From UHGV virus genome UHGV-1687067: a stretch of DNA of 17,335 nt. The stretch is one strand, 5' to 3'. Made by a program: the position numbers and the translations under genes. The first letter of the stretch is position 1. The number at the start of each line of letters is the position of its first letter. Below are positions 1 through 7,245 of the stretch, in pieces. Below the pieces are notes generated by a model. It did not search any database. It was not told the DNA's origin and saw nothing but the letters and a program-made list of their open reading frames with translations. The DNA comes from a virus.

Positions 1-421
1 GACATATCAAGTATTTCGCATCCCCACGGTAGCCGCCGTGTGTGTCAATATGATGATCCGTGACCTCCTGTTATATGACGGCGGCCTGAAATGGTCGGCT
101 ACAACATGCGCCGCCGCTGGCGCAATCACGGTGCTGATAAATTACGACGCCGGGATGGTGGCGATCGCGTCATTCGTCGCGGTTGTTTCCGGTGCGCTTA
201 TTTCTGGCGGCGTTTACCGGGTTTTACCTGGTGACTTTGATTCTAAACGTTGGCCTGCAAATATAGCGTCCGCCATTGGTGATGCGTTAATTTTTCCTAC
301 GCTATCGTTTATGGCGTTCATGCCGGAAATATCAGCTATGCAATTCATCTCAAAAATGGCAGCGGTAACGGTGATTACTATCATCATGCGACGCTACTTC
401 ACGTTTGAGGGTAGAAAATGA
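1..421 (+). CDS. Hydrophobic integral membrane protein, 5'-truncated by window edge (function unknown; VUT/YhhQ-like transporter only a weak guess)
   Basis: Frame of track ORF 38..421 stays open back to position 2, so the gene starts upstream of the window. Translation is dominated by hydrophobic stretches (AAAGAITVLINYDAGMVAIASFVAVVSGALISGGVY; AAVTVITIIM). Stop overlaps next start (ATGA at 418-421). Confidence 0.45.
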   Translation, partial: TYQVFRIPTVAAVCVNMMIRDLLLYDGGLKWSATTCAAAGAITVLINYDAGMVAIASFVAVVSGALISGGVYRVLPGDFDSKRWPANIASAIGDALIFPTLSFMAFMPEISAMQFISKMAAVTVITIIMRRYFTFEGRK

Positions 422-1227
422 GCGGGCTTAGAAATTGGGTTGTCTGGTCGCTGTATGACGGCAGCGGGTACGCAGTTAAAGATTGGGCGGACGCAGGATA
501 TAAGTGTTATTGCTTCAACTATGACGGCGCTAATCACGGGGATTATGACGGGGTAAAAATAATTCATCCAAATATTGAATATGTCAATGTCTGGATTGAT
601 AGCTATTTCCTGGTAATGTTCTCCCCTGAATTGTCTGTATATCCAGATCCTGACATTATCCTGGGGTTTCCTCCGTGTGATGATCTTGCTGTGTCAGGCG
701 CTCGTTGGTTCGCTGACAAGCGGAAGAAAGATCCTTACTTCCAGCAAAAAGCAGCGCACAACGCAAAGTTAGTAGAAATGCTGGCGAGTATGTATAACGT
801 CCCGTGGATGGTGGAAAATCCGGTGGGCGCACTGTCAACGCTATGGCGTAAACCGGATTTTATCTTCAATCCGTGCGCTTACGGTGGCTACCTACCGGAA
901 GATGACAAGCATCCTGCTTTCCCGGAGTACATCGCCGACCGCGACGCCTACACGAAGAAAACTTGTATTTGGTGCGGGAATGGATTTAAGCAGCCGCTTT
1001 TGCTGGATTTTTTTTGGGGGGGGATGGTTTTTAAGCAGCCGCTATTCCGGCCTGTGCCGATGCCAGATGAATGGGAAGACAGTAAGCAGCACGCGAAGTT
1101 AGGCGGAAAGTCGAAGCGCACTAAGATGATCCGCTCACTAACGCCGCGCGGCTTTGCCCGTGCTGTATTCCTGGCTAACGACCGGGCCATCAATCGTACT
1201 ACGCTCAACCGCGTTTTACCGGACTAA
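418..1227 (+). CDS. DNA (cytosine-5) methyltransferase-like protein
   Basis: Motifs in canonical C5-MTase order: WSLYDGSGY (motif I-like AdoMet site), GFPPCDDLAVSGA (Pro-Cys catalytic motif IV), MVENPVGAL (ENV motif VI). ATG at 418. Contains internal T8G8 tract and FKQPL duplication near C-terminus. Confidence 0.65.
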   Translation: MSGLRNWVVWSLYDGSGYAVKDWADAGYKCYCFNYDGANHGDYDGVKIIHPNIEYVNVWIDSYFLVMFSPELSVYPDPDIILGFPPCDDLAVSGARWFADKRKKDPYFQQKAAHNAKLVEMLASMYNVPWMVENPVGALSTLWRKPDFIFNPCAYGGYLPEDDKHPAFPEYIADRDAYTKKTCIWCGNGFKQPLLLDFFWGGMVFKQPLFRPVPMPDEWEDSKQHAKLGGKSKRTKMIRSLTPRGFARAVFLANDRAINRTTLNRVLPD

Positions 1228-1250
1228 AGTTTACAAAATGGCGTCATTGC

Positions 1251-1264
1251 GTGATGTGGATCAC
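1251..1264. promoter_or_regulatory. Inverted repeat GTGAT-GTGG-ATCAC (operator-like site, copy 1)
   Basis: 5-bp arms are exact reverse complements with 4-bp spacer; same half-sites recur at 7222-7235. Confidence 0.3.
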
Positions 1265-1282
1265 ATAATGGCGCTTTTCGTC

Positions 1283-1310
1283 TTGTTATGACGTATCCAT
1301 TTTGTATACT
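1283..1310 (+). promoter_or_regulatory. Candidate sigma70-type promoter (TTGTTA-16 nt-TATACT) upstream of the ninF-like/ninG/rusA/Q cluster
   Basis: -35-like TTGTTA (1283-1288) and -10-like TATACT (1305-1310), 16-nt spacer, in the 159-bp gap between methyltransferase and next gene. Hexamer matching only. Confidence 0.25.
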
Positions 1311-1386
1311 TCAAGCAAACAAAATGCTCTTTAAAAATCCGGCAGCGCTGAAATGCGTAGAAATCACCTGAAAAGGAGAGAGCATT

Positions 1387-1563
1387 ATGTCTTTCGAAAA
1401 TTACCAATGGCATGACGACTATGAACGAGAAAGCGTCATGCGTGCAATGTGCAATGTATGCAGCACGAAGAAGGGAGGCTGTAACGAGTGCAACGAATGC
1501 TTAGAACATTGGCTAAGGGCCGGACACGCCGAAAGGCTGAACGAAACAGAGAATCAAAAATAA
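1387..1563 (+). CDS. Small Cys-rich protein (58 aa), NinF-like by position and length
   Basis: ATG at 1387 preceded by AAGGAG about 8 nt upstream; not in ORF track because under 60 aa. Translation MSFENYQWHDDYERESVMRAMCNVCSTKKGGCNECNECLEHW... has a CxxC...CxxCxxC pattern. Sits immediately upstream of ninG as ninF does in lambda; the NinF similarity is from memory. Confidence 0.4.
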   Translation: MSFENYQWHDDYERESVMRAMCNVCSTKKGGCNECNECLEHWLRAGHAERLNETENQK

Positions 1564-1577
1564 TCGGGGTGGTTTTT

Positions 1578-2183
1578 ATGCAAAACCCTAAAAAACCCAT
1601 AAGACGCCGTTGCAAATGCTGCGGCGTTTTTTTTGAGCCTAAATATCACAATCAAACGTGGTGCAGCGATGAATGTCTGGAAGAACTGAAGTTTGATCAG
1701 TTATGCCGCGACCGTGAGAAGGCTATGAAGGCTATGGAGCGGAAGAAACGCCGTGATAGCCAGAGGGAAGAACGCAACCGGAAGCGTAAACAGTTAAATC
1801 CGCGTAGTTATTGGATCAAACAAGTTCAAAATGTATTTAACGCCTATATTCGCGAACGTGACGCGCGCTTGCCGTGTATATCTTGCGGGACTTACTACGG
1901 TGAGCAATGCGGGTGGGATGCAGGTCATTACAGGACGGTAGCCGCCGCCGGACATCTTCGCTTTAACGAGGATAATTGCCATAAACAATGCAGGCACTGC
2001 AACCAGACATTAGACGGGAACATAGGAGGGTATCGCCCGGCACTGATTCGAAAAATTGGCCTCGCCAGGGTGGTAGCGCTGGAAAACAACAATGATACGC
2101 ATAAATGGACGATCGCAGAATGTAAGGAGCTAATAAACATCTATCAGGCTAAATTGGACGCCTTAAGGAGAAAGGCAGCATGA
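1578..2183 (+). CDS. ninG: NinG/Rap-family recombination protein
   Basis: Translation from internal ATG 1578 (MQNPKKPIRRRCKCCGVFFEP...PRSYWIKQ...LPCISCG...WDAGHYRT...LRFNE.N.HKQC..CNQ...WTIAECKEL) matches lambda NinG along its length, including conserved Cys/His residues. Track start 1488 is a GTG extension overlapping the upstream small gene and is rejected. Confidence 0.85.
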   Translation: MQNPKKPIRRRCKCCGVFFEPKYHNQTWCSDECLEELKFDQLCRDREKAMKAMERKKRRDSQREERNRKRKQLNPRSYWIKQVQNVFNAYIRERDARLPCISCGTYYGEQCGWDAGHYRTVAAAGHLRFNEDNCHKQCRHCNQTLDGNIGGYRPALIRKIGLARVVALENNNDTHKWTIAECKELINIYQAKLDALRRKAA

Positions 2184-2587
2184 ATGAATATTCTTTTAGC
2201 CTGCCTTACCCGCCATCGAATAATCGCTATTACCGACATTCGCGCGGTTTTCACTATATCAGCAAAGTGGGGAAGGAATACAGGGAACAAGTAAGAGACA
2301 TCATCGAGCTATTAAATTTAAATATTAACCTACCTTGCCGACTGGCAATTGCCATTTACGCCGCGCCGCCGGATAACCGGATCAGAGATCTGGATAATAT
2401 CCCTAAATGCCTTTTTGACAGCCTTACTTATGCCGGATTCTGGAGGGATGACGGGCAAATTGACTCAATAAAAATTGTCCGCTGCCGGAAGGTAAAAGGC
2501 GGACGCTTGTTTATTAAGATCCGCGAACGCGGCGACCTACTACCGGATATTGACGAATACGCGACTAATATGTGGGGTGAGCAATGA
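2180..2587 (+). CDS. rusA: RusA-family Holliday junction resolvase
   Basis: N-terminus [20 protein letters not shown] and [24 protein letters not shown] closely match E. coli/phage 82 RusA ([38 protein letters not shown]). Start overlaps ninG stop (ATGA). Confidence 0.85.
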   Translation: [135 protein letters not shown]

Positions 2588-2766
2588 AAAACGAAGTTAA
2601 AGATCTGCAAATAGATATTCAGCGCGACGAGCGTGATTTAGAGACGGTCCGACAAATCCAGGCTTTCCACATGCGCGAATTACTTGCGCTGAAAGAGTTC
2701 GAAAGAAAGCTGGTGCAATCCATTTCTGATCGTAAACGTCTGGCGGCACGTTATGAGGGCAAATAA
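2584..2766 (+). CDS. Hypothetical small protein (60 aa), charged, likely helical
   Basis: ORF with ATG overlapping rusA stop; translationally coupled to Q (TAATG at 2764-2768). No recognisable motif. Confidence 0.45.
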   Translation: MKNEVKDLQIDIQRDERDLETVRQIQAFHMRELLALKEFERKLVQSISDRKRLAARYEGK

Positions 2767-3494
2767 TGAATTTAGAATCCATTCTAAAATTCCACTTTCC
2801 TAAATCACCGCGATTATCTGACGAAAGCCGGGGCACGTCCCCGGACGCTCTTAATACGACGGATGCGCTAACCGCTGCGGGTATGGCGCAATCGCGCGTA
2901 GAGCTTGGATATAGCGCTTTTTTAGGGAAGATGGAACTATCACAAGCCGAAAAACACAGGGCCGTAGTTTTGCTTACAGAGCGTTTAAGGGCTATGGCGA
3001 AAGATTACGAATACGTGATGGAGTTAAACGAGGCACAACGCAATGATCTTATTATTCTTGTTTCCGTTTTCGCGTTTCGGGATTACTGCCAGAGTGCAGC
3101 GACCGAAAAAGTTTGCCCTAAGTGCGGCGGTCACGGGCATTTACCAAATCCATATTGCAAATACACATCAACAATTTGCGCACGGTGCGGCGGCAAAGGC
3201 TACGTTAAAAACCATTGCCAGCGGTGTAAGGGCCGTGGCGAAGTACCGGATAAAGCAGCCAGCGAAGCGGCGGAAATGCCAGTATTCAAAACGTGCCAGC
3301 ATTGCGGCGGGCGTGGGTACTCGCGTTTCCCGGTAGATCTCGTCCGGCAGGCGGTTAATCAGCTTGTTTTTCCGGTAAGCCGATCAACATGGTGGAAGAA
3401 ATACCGGGTTTTCTATGAAGACGCCATAGCGGAGCTATTCAAAGAAGAGGCCCGCGCGGAAAGCGAAATCAAACGAGTGACACGGGGTGAATAA
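2766..3494 (+). CDS. Q: Late-gene antitermination protein Q (lambda Q family) with four CxxCxGxG zinc-finger repeats
   Basis: N-terminus MNLESILKFHFPKSPRLSDESRGTSPDAL...AAGMAQS...GKMELSQ parallels lambda Q (MRLESVAKFHSPKSPMMSDSPRATASDSL...AAMGMAQSQ...GKHELSQ). Central region carries CPKCGGHG, CARCGGKG, CQRCKGRG, CQHCGGRGYSR. Confidence 0.85.
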   Translation: MNLESILKFHFPKSPRLSDESRGTSPDALNTTDALTAAGMAQSRVELGYSAFLGKMELSQAEKHRAVVLLTERLRAMAKDYEYVMELNEAQRNDLIILVSVFAFRDYCQSAATEKVCPKCGGHGHLPNPYCKYTSTICARCGGKGYVKNHCQRCKGRGEVPDKAASEAAEMPVFKTCQHCGGRGYSRFPVDLVRQAVNQLVFPVSRSTWWKKYRVFYEDAIAELFKEEARAESEIKRVTRGE

Positions 3495-3694
3495 TGGATA
3501 AGCTGGAAATAAACGATCAGTTTGCCGTTATCTTATTCGAAGATAAAACAGGCGGCGCATGGTGTAAGAAGGTCACTGGTGCTGAAGCACGCTTAATATT
3601 GGGTATGGCAAGCGCGTTAAATGAAGGCGAATTGCCCGCCATCCCTATTAAGCCTGTAAAAATTTACAAGCGTGGTGACGATGATGAAGCCTAA
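3494..3694 (+). CDS. Hypothetical protein (66 aa)
   Basis: ATG overlaps Q stop (TAATG); first gene of the tightly coupled small-gene island. Confidence 0.45.
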   Translation: MDKLEINDQFAVILFEDKTGGAWCKKVTGAEARLILGMASALNEGELPAIPIKPVKIYKRGDDDEA

Positions 3695-3956
3695 ATTAAA
3701 AGAGCATATTTACCGCCAGTTGGTTAACGATCTGACGGAAACGGCCCGTCATTACGCCGGAACACAACAGCTACGCGGGCGGTTATCTTCAGTTGTCAAC
3801 CGTTACATTGATACCGGATGTCATCGCAAAGGTGAAATCACGATGGACGAGGCCATCAAGCGCCGTTCTGCTGAATGGTCAGTGAGTAATACCGGATTAA
3901 CCGGATATATTGAAGGCTATAACGACTGTTTACAGGATCATAGCGATGGCAAGTAA
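3681..3956 (+). CDS. Hypothetical protein (about 91 aa)
   Basis: Track ORF begins at GTG 3672; internal ATG 3681 (MMKPKLKEH...) with GGTGA upstream is preferred. Confidence 0.4.
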   Translation: MMKPKLKEHIYRQLVNDLTETARHYAGTQQLRGRLSSVVNRYIDTGCHRKGEITMDEAIKRRSAEWSVSNTGLTGYIEGYNDCLQDHSDGK

Positions 3957-4254
3957 AGACCTGCATTTGAATCTGAAAGGGGAATATTTCCACGCTATCC
4001 GGGCGGGAAAGAAGGTGGAGGAATACCGGCTTTATAATGACTATTGGCGTAAACGTCTGGAAGGGCGGGAATATGAGCGCCTGATTATTAAATGGGGATA
4101 CCCTGCCAACCACGAAAAACACAGGATTATTAACCTTCCTTATTTTGGGTACGAAGTGAAAACTATCACACATCCATTATTCGGCACTGATCCGGTGAGA
4201 GTATTCGCAATTAAATGTGATGTGAATTGGATGTTAAGGTGGGTCGAGCAATGA
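3946..4254 (+). CDS. ASCH/PUA-like domain protein (putative)
   Basis: From ATG 3946: MASKDLHLNLKGEYFHAIRAGKKVEEYRLYNDYW... resembles the ASCH N-terminal signature (xLxxKxEYFxxIxxGxKxxExR), recalled from memory. Track start 3910 is TTG and rejected. Confidence 0.4.
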   Translation: MASKDLHLNLKGEYFHAIRAGKKVEEYRLYNDYWRKRLEGREYERLIIKWGYPANHEKHRIINLPYFGYEVKTITHPLFGTDPVRVFAIKCDVNWMLRWVEQ

Positions 4255-4463
4255 AAAGTAACCGTAAACGCCTTGTAAGGGCATATGACAAAGCATTAAT
4301 GACTTTTGATGATCTACGACACAATAAGCGCCGCCGCCGTAAATGGGCGCGTATGCTTGTTAGTGAATGGCATGATGAGGATTTTTTCCTTGAAGCCAGG
4401 CACATGACGCAGGATGTAGCGGACGCATTAGCTGACGAGAACGTTTATTACATGATGTGGTGA
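4251..4463 (+). CDS. Hypothetical basic protein (70 aa)
   Basis: ATG 4251 overlaps upstream stop (ATGA), AAGGTGGG upstream. Arg/Lys-rich (NKRRRRKWAR). Track start 4227 is TTG. Confidence 0.4.
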   Translation: MKSNRKRLVRAYDKALMTFDDLRHNKRRRRKWARMLVSEWHDEDFFLEARHMTQDVADALADENVYYMMW

Positions 4464-4467
4464 TAAT

Positions 4468-4833
4468 ATGCAAATAATCATTGATTATCTTTGCCATGCT
4501 GCAAATACGCTTTTTGGTTTTTATCAGCAACCATTCCTCAAAGAATGGGACGAAATGCTTAATGACATCATTGATAAAGGGTTAATAGTTGAAGTAGGCG
4601 AGCTAACTATAAAATTTAATTACGAAGGAAAAGAATATGATATATGGGTAGGCAACAGATGGTACGCATACGGGCATATTTATTCAATTGGCGGCAAATA
4701 CATTAAACGTAGCCAGGAGTTCAGACCGCGATTCCGCACAATGCGCCGCCTGCGTGACCTGCATATGAATATACTTGAAAATCAGGAAGCGTGTGAACTA
4801 TTCAAAATCTACGGAGATAAATCATGGAACTAA
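4468..4833 (+). CDS. Hypothetical protein (121 aa)
   Basis: ATG 4468, 4 nt after upstream stop; no recognisable motif. Confidence 0.45.
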   Translation: MQIIIDYLCHAANTLFGFYQQPFLKEWDEMLNDIIDKGLIVEVGELTIKFNYEGKEYDIWVGNRWYAYGHIYSIGGKYIKRSQEFRPRFRTMRRLRDLHMNILENQEACELFKIYGDKSWN

Positions 4834-5054
4834 AAATCTGGCAGGCTATCGACGTAGTTGATAACGCGTTATCTATGTTCGCCACTAACGGGAAACGCGT
4901 TGTGATAGCTACATGGACACGTAACCATGATGATATTGTTTTTCGTCGCAAGGCTGCGGAGTGGCTTTTCTCTGACAACGGCTACACGATGAATATCATG
5001 CAGCTTTCCAGAATGAAGGATGAAAAGCTGGTTGATAGTTACACAACTGCATAG
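4824..5054 (+). CDS. Hypothetical protein (76 aa)
   Basis: ATG 4824 overlaps upstream gene end; part of coupled array. Confidence 0.4.
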   Translation: MELKIWQAIDVVDNALSMFATNGKRVVIATWTRNHDDIVFRRKAAEWLFSDNGYTMNIMQLSRMKDEKLVDSYTTA

Positions 5055-5064
5055 TGGGGCAAAT

Positions 5065-5298
5065 ATGTGTATCTATGAACACAAGCGGGATAAAACCCGC
5101 TTTTTTGTTCGTGCTGGCGTGGCTTACCAGTATCACGACTGCGGATATATCGAGGCGCTTGCTTACGATCTGGACTTCGAACAAGAAAAAGAATGGTTCG
5201 ATTTCAAAATTTACCGGAAGCGTAAACCGACGCGCGACGAGCGACACGCTATCCGGGACTTTTTAATCAGCATAGACCGCTGGGAGACAGAGGAATGA
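5065..5298 (+). CDS. Hypothetical protein (about 77 aa)
   Basis: Preferred ATG 5065 (MCIYEHKRDK...) just after upstream stop at 5054; track start 5020 would overlap the upstream gene by 35 nt. Confidence 0.35.
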   Translation: MCIYEHKRDKTRFFVRAGVAYQYHDCGYIEALAYDLDFEQEKEWFDFKIYRKRKPTRDERHAIRDFLISIDRWETEE

Positions 5299-5582
5299 GA
5301 GCGAAGAAAACAGCAGATCAGAAAGCGTTAGTTATCACTACAACTGATGTGTCGTTATTCACGAAGGGTGAAGAAATAGATCTTAAATTACTTTTCGGCA
5401 TGTTTGAGCCACACGAAAAGCCGTGGTTCGTGCATGAAGACAAACAGGGAAATATGCGCGTAGTAGTGCCGGACAAAAACAGCGACATATTTTTTGCTAT
5501 TCCAGACCCGTTACATGACGGTGAATTGCTGGCGGTATTGTTGATCGCTGATGCTGTTACTTATAAAGGGAAAGAAATATGA
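5295..5582 (+). CDS. Hypothetical protein (95 aa)
   Basis: ATGA overlap with upstream stop; GGAG 8 nt upstream. Confidence 0.45.
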   Translation: MRAKKTADQKALVITTTDVSLFTKGEEIDLKLLFGMFEPHEKPWFVHEDKQGNMRVVVPDKNSDIFFAIPDPLHDGELLAVLLIADAVTYKGKEI

Positions 5583-5806
5583 AAGTTAAATTCTTGCACG
5601 ATCACGGCTACCCATCATTAAAACGCGTGGTAGGGGAAACGGTAGACGTTGTTCATTCTGATGATGTGACCTGCGTCATTTTGGGTAAAGACCTTATCGC
5701 TCACGGTGCTGATGATTACTACATTAACCCAGCGTGGTCATATACGTTTAGCCTGGGCGACTTCGTAGGCGATAAGGGGCGCGGCTTGCAAGTAGTCGAG
5801 GGTTAA
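5579..5806 (+). CDS. Hypothetical protein (75 aa)
   Basis: ATGA start/stop overlap at 5579-5582. Confidence 0.45.
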   Translation: MKVKFLHDHGYPSLKRVVGETVDVVHSDDVTCVILGKDLIAHGADDYYINPAWSYTFSLGDFVGDKGRGLQVVEG

Positions 5807-5810
5807 TATC

Positions 5811-6026
5811 ATGGACGTTTACGAAGATTTATACCTTCAAACAAATACCAGCACTTTTTATTTTTTGAAAAACGGCGTCGTATATCGCAGCGATGACGGG
5901 GTAATAATGAAAGAGTGGCTATTTAAACGCAAAGACCTACTTGATGACCTGGTTTTTGCCGGGATATTCCGTAAACGTCCGGCTAACCTGGAAGAAGAAA
6001 TGCTGATCGACGAGGTATTAAAATGA
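5811..6026 (+). CDS. Hypothetical protein (71 aa), possible member of the FxxNGxxY paralog family
   Basis: ATG 5811 with GAGGG upstream; contains FYFLKNGVVYRSDDG, resembling the N-terminal motif of the 6268-7219 paralogs. Confidence 0.4.
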   Translation: MDVYEDLYLQTNTSTFYFLKNGVVYRSDDGVIMKEWLFKRKDLLDDLVFAGIFRKRPANLEEEMLIDEVLK

Positions 6027-6268
6027 AAGTGAATTATTTCAGGGCAAAAGACAAGGCAACAGGAAAGCGGGTGGCTATCCTGGTTAATGAAGCAAATTAT
6101 ATGTTTGTTCTCCAGCCGTGGTGCATAGCTGACTATAACGATGATTATCGCCGTCACGCTGCGCGGCGGGCGGTCGGGATGAAAGGCTGGCAGCCTCGCG
6201 ACATGCTTAATTACTGCGACTGGAATCTGATAGCAAAATACACGGTCGATTATAAAGGGGTTTTCTGA
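6023..6268 (+). CDS. Hypothetical protein (81 aa)
   Basis: ATGA overlap at 6023-6026. Confidence 0.45.
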   Translation: MKVNYFRAKDKATGKRVAILVNEANYMFVLQPWCIADYNDDYRRHAARRAVGMKGWQPRDMLNYCDWNLIAKYTVDYKGVF

Positions 6269-6480
6269 TGCAAGTTAAATGCTCATACTCAAGCAATGAC
6301 AGTGTTTTCACGATTGGGAGTATTTATGACGTTCACATCGTTTATGGCAATGAAGCACACACAATGAGTAATTGCCTTGCCTTGATTGATAATCATGACG
6401 AAATATGGGTATTCAGGCCGAGCTATGAAGGCGGTGAAATATCCGGTGTAGGTTTTGCTGCCAGCTTTGAACGTTATTAA
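6268..6480 (+). CDS. Small paralog-family protein A (70 aa)
   Basis: ATG 6268 overlaps upstream stop; AAAGGGG upstream. Motifs FTIGSIY and IDNHDEIWVF align with the neighbouring three genes. Confidence 0.45.
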   Translation: MQVKCSYSSNDSVFTIGSIYDVHIVYGNEAHTMSNCLALIDNHDEIWVFRPSYEGGEISGVGFAASFERY

Positions 6481-6490
6481 AGGGGCAACA

Positions 6491-6748
6491 ATGAAACATT
6501 TATATTTTGAGGTATTGCAGACGCGCGACCGCAATATTTTTGAAGAAGGGAAGATCTATTGCGGCGTTCAACTCCACGGCGCACCGGGCGGTGATGGTGC
6601 AATGGCGATAACTGGCGATGATGATAAAGTTTATTTCGCTTATGTTAGCCATATCAATAACGCCGCTGGTTTGTATATTTATCGCATAGTGCATGATTTC
6701 CGTGAGATCGCGGAGTTTTGCGCCCGCGAAGGCAGTAAACCGGAATAA
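6491..6748 (+). CDS. Small paralog-family protein B (85 aa)
   Basis: Internal ATG 6491 (MKHLYF...) preceded by AAAGGGG, the same SD context as gene A. Motifs FEEGKIY and ITGDDDKVYFAY. Confidence 0.45.
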   Translation: MKHLYFEVLQTRDRNIFEEGKIYCGVQLHGAPGGDGAMAITGDDDKVYFAYVSHINNAAGLYIYRIVHDFREIAEFCAREGSKPE

Positions 6749-6758
6749 GTGAGGTGCT

Positions 6759-6998
6759 ATGAATCGGAAACATAGATACCAGTGCACATACTCACGATGC
6801 AGCGCGTTTTTTAAGAATGGCAAGATCTACGAGGTTGACGCGGCATTGGTTGACGCAAAGGATCAGGAATATATTCATGCCATTACTGACGACCAGGGGC
6901 AGTTATGGCGATTTTATAAGATGGGTTGTGGCACGGCGCTTGTTTATGCGCGTGCTGGTGGTGGTGCTTTTGCTGCGTTTTCGTATGTAGGGGTATGA
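6759..6998 (+). CDS. Small paralog-family protein C (79 aa)
   Basis: ATG 6759 with GTGAGGTG upstream. Motifs FFKNGKIY and ITDDQGQLWRFY. Confidence 0.45.
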   Translation: MNRKHRYQCTYSRCSAFFKNGKIYEVDAALVDAKDQEYIHAITDDQGQLWRFYKMGCGTALVYARAGGGAFAAFSYVGV

Positions 6999-7000
6999 AA

Positions 7001-7219
7001 ATGATTTTAACGTGTAACGAATCGAAATTGGGCTGTTTTGAGGAAGGCGTACAGTACACGGCTGAAAAACCGATGGGATTGTCTCCTAAATTTCCGTTTA
7101 TCGTCGTGACTGACACTTACGGTCACTTATGGTATGCAGGGCCGCTAGGCGGTATTGGTCGTTATGTTGTCCGTAGTTCGGATGGGGCGATGAAGGTTAC
7201 TTTTACGGAAGAAACGTAA
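7001..7219 (+). CDS. Small paralog-family protein D (72 aa)
   Basis: ATG 7001 (MILTCNESKLGCFEEGVQY...VVTDTYGHLWYAG); in-frame ATG 6995 also possible. Track start 6926 is a long extension in another gene's region and is rejected. Confidence 0.4.
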   Translation: MILTCNESKLGCFEEGVQYTAEKPMGLSPKFPFIVVTDTYGHLWYAGPLGGIGRYVVRSSDGAMKVTFTEET

Positions 7220-7220
7220 A

Positions 7221-7236
7221 TGTGATCTGTATCACA
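7221..7236. promoter_or_regulatory. Palindromic site TGTGAT-CTGT-ATCACA; fits CRP consensus half-sites TGTGA-N6-TCACA (operator-like site, copy 2)
   Basis: Exact 6-bp inverted arms around a 4-bp spacer, 2 nt after the stop at 7219, in a 98-bp intergenic gap. CRP consensus is textbook knowledge; binding is not demonstrated. Confidence 0.35.
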
Positions 7237-7245
7237 AGGTTTACG

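Noticed and set aside
7221-7236. Calling the TGTGA-N6-TCACA palindrome a proven CRP site
   Set aside because: Only the consensus match is observed; a phage repressor or other dimeric regulator could equally use it, so it is reported as a candidate operator.
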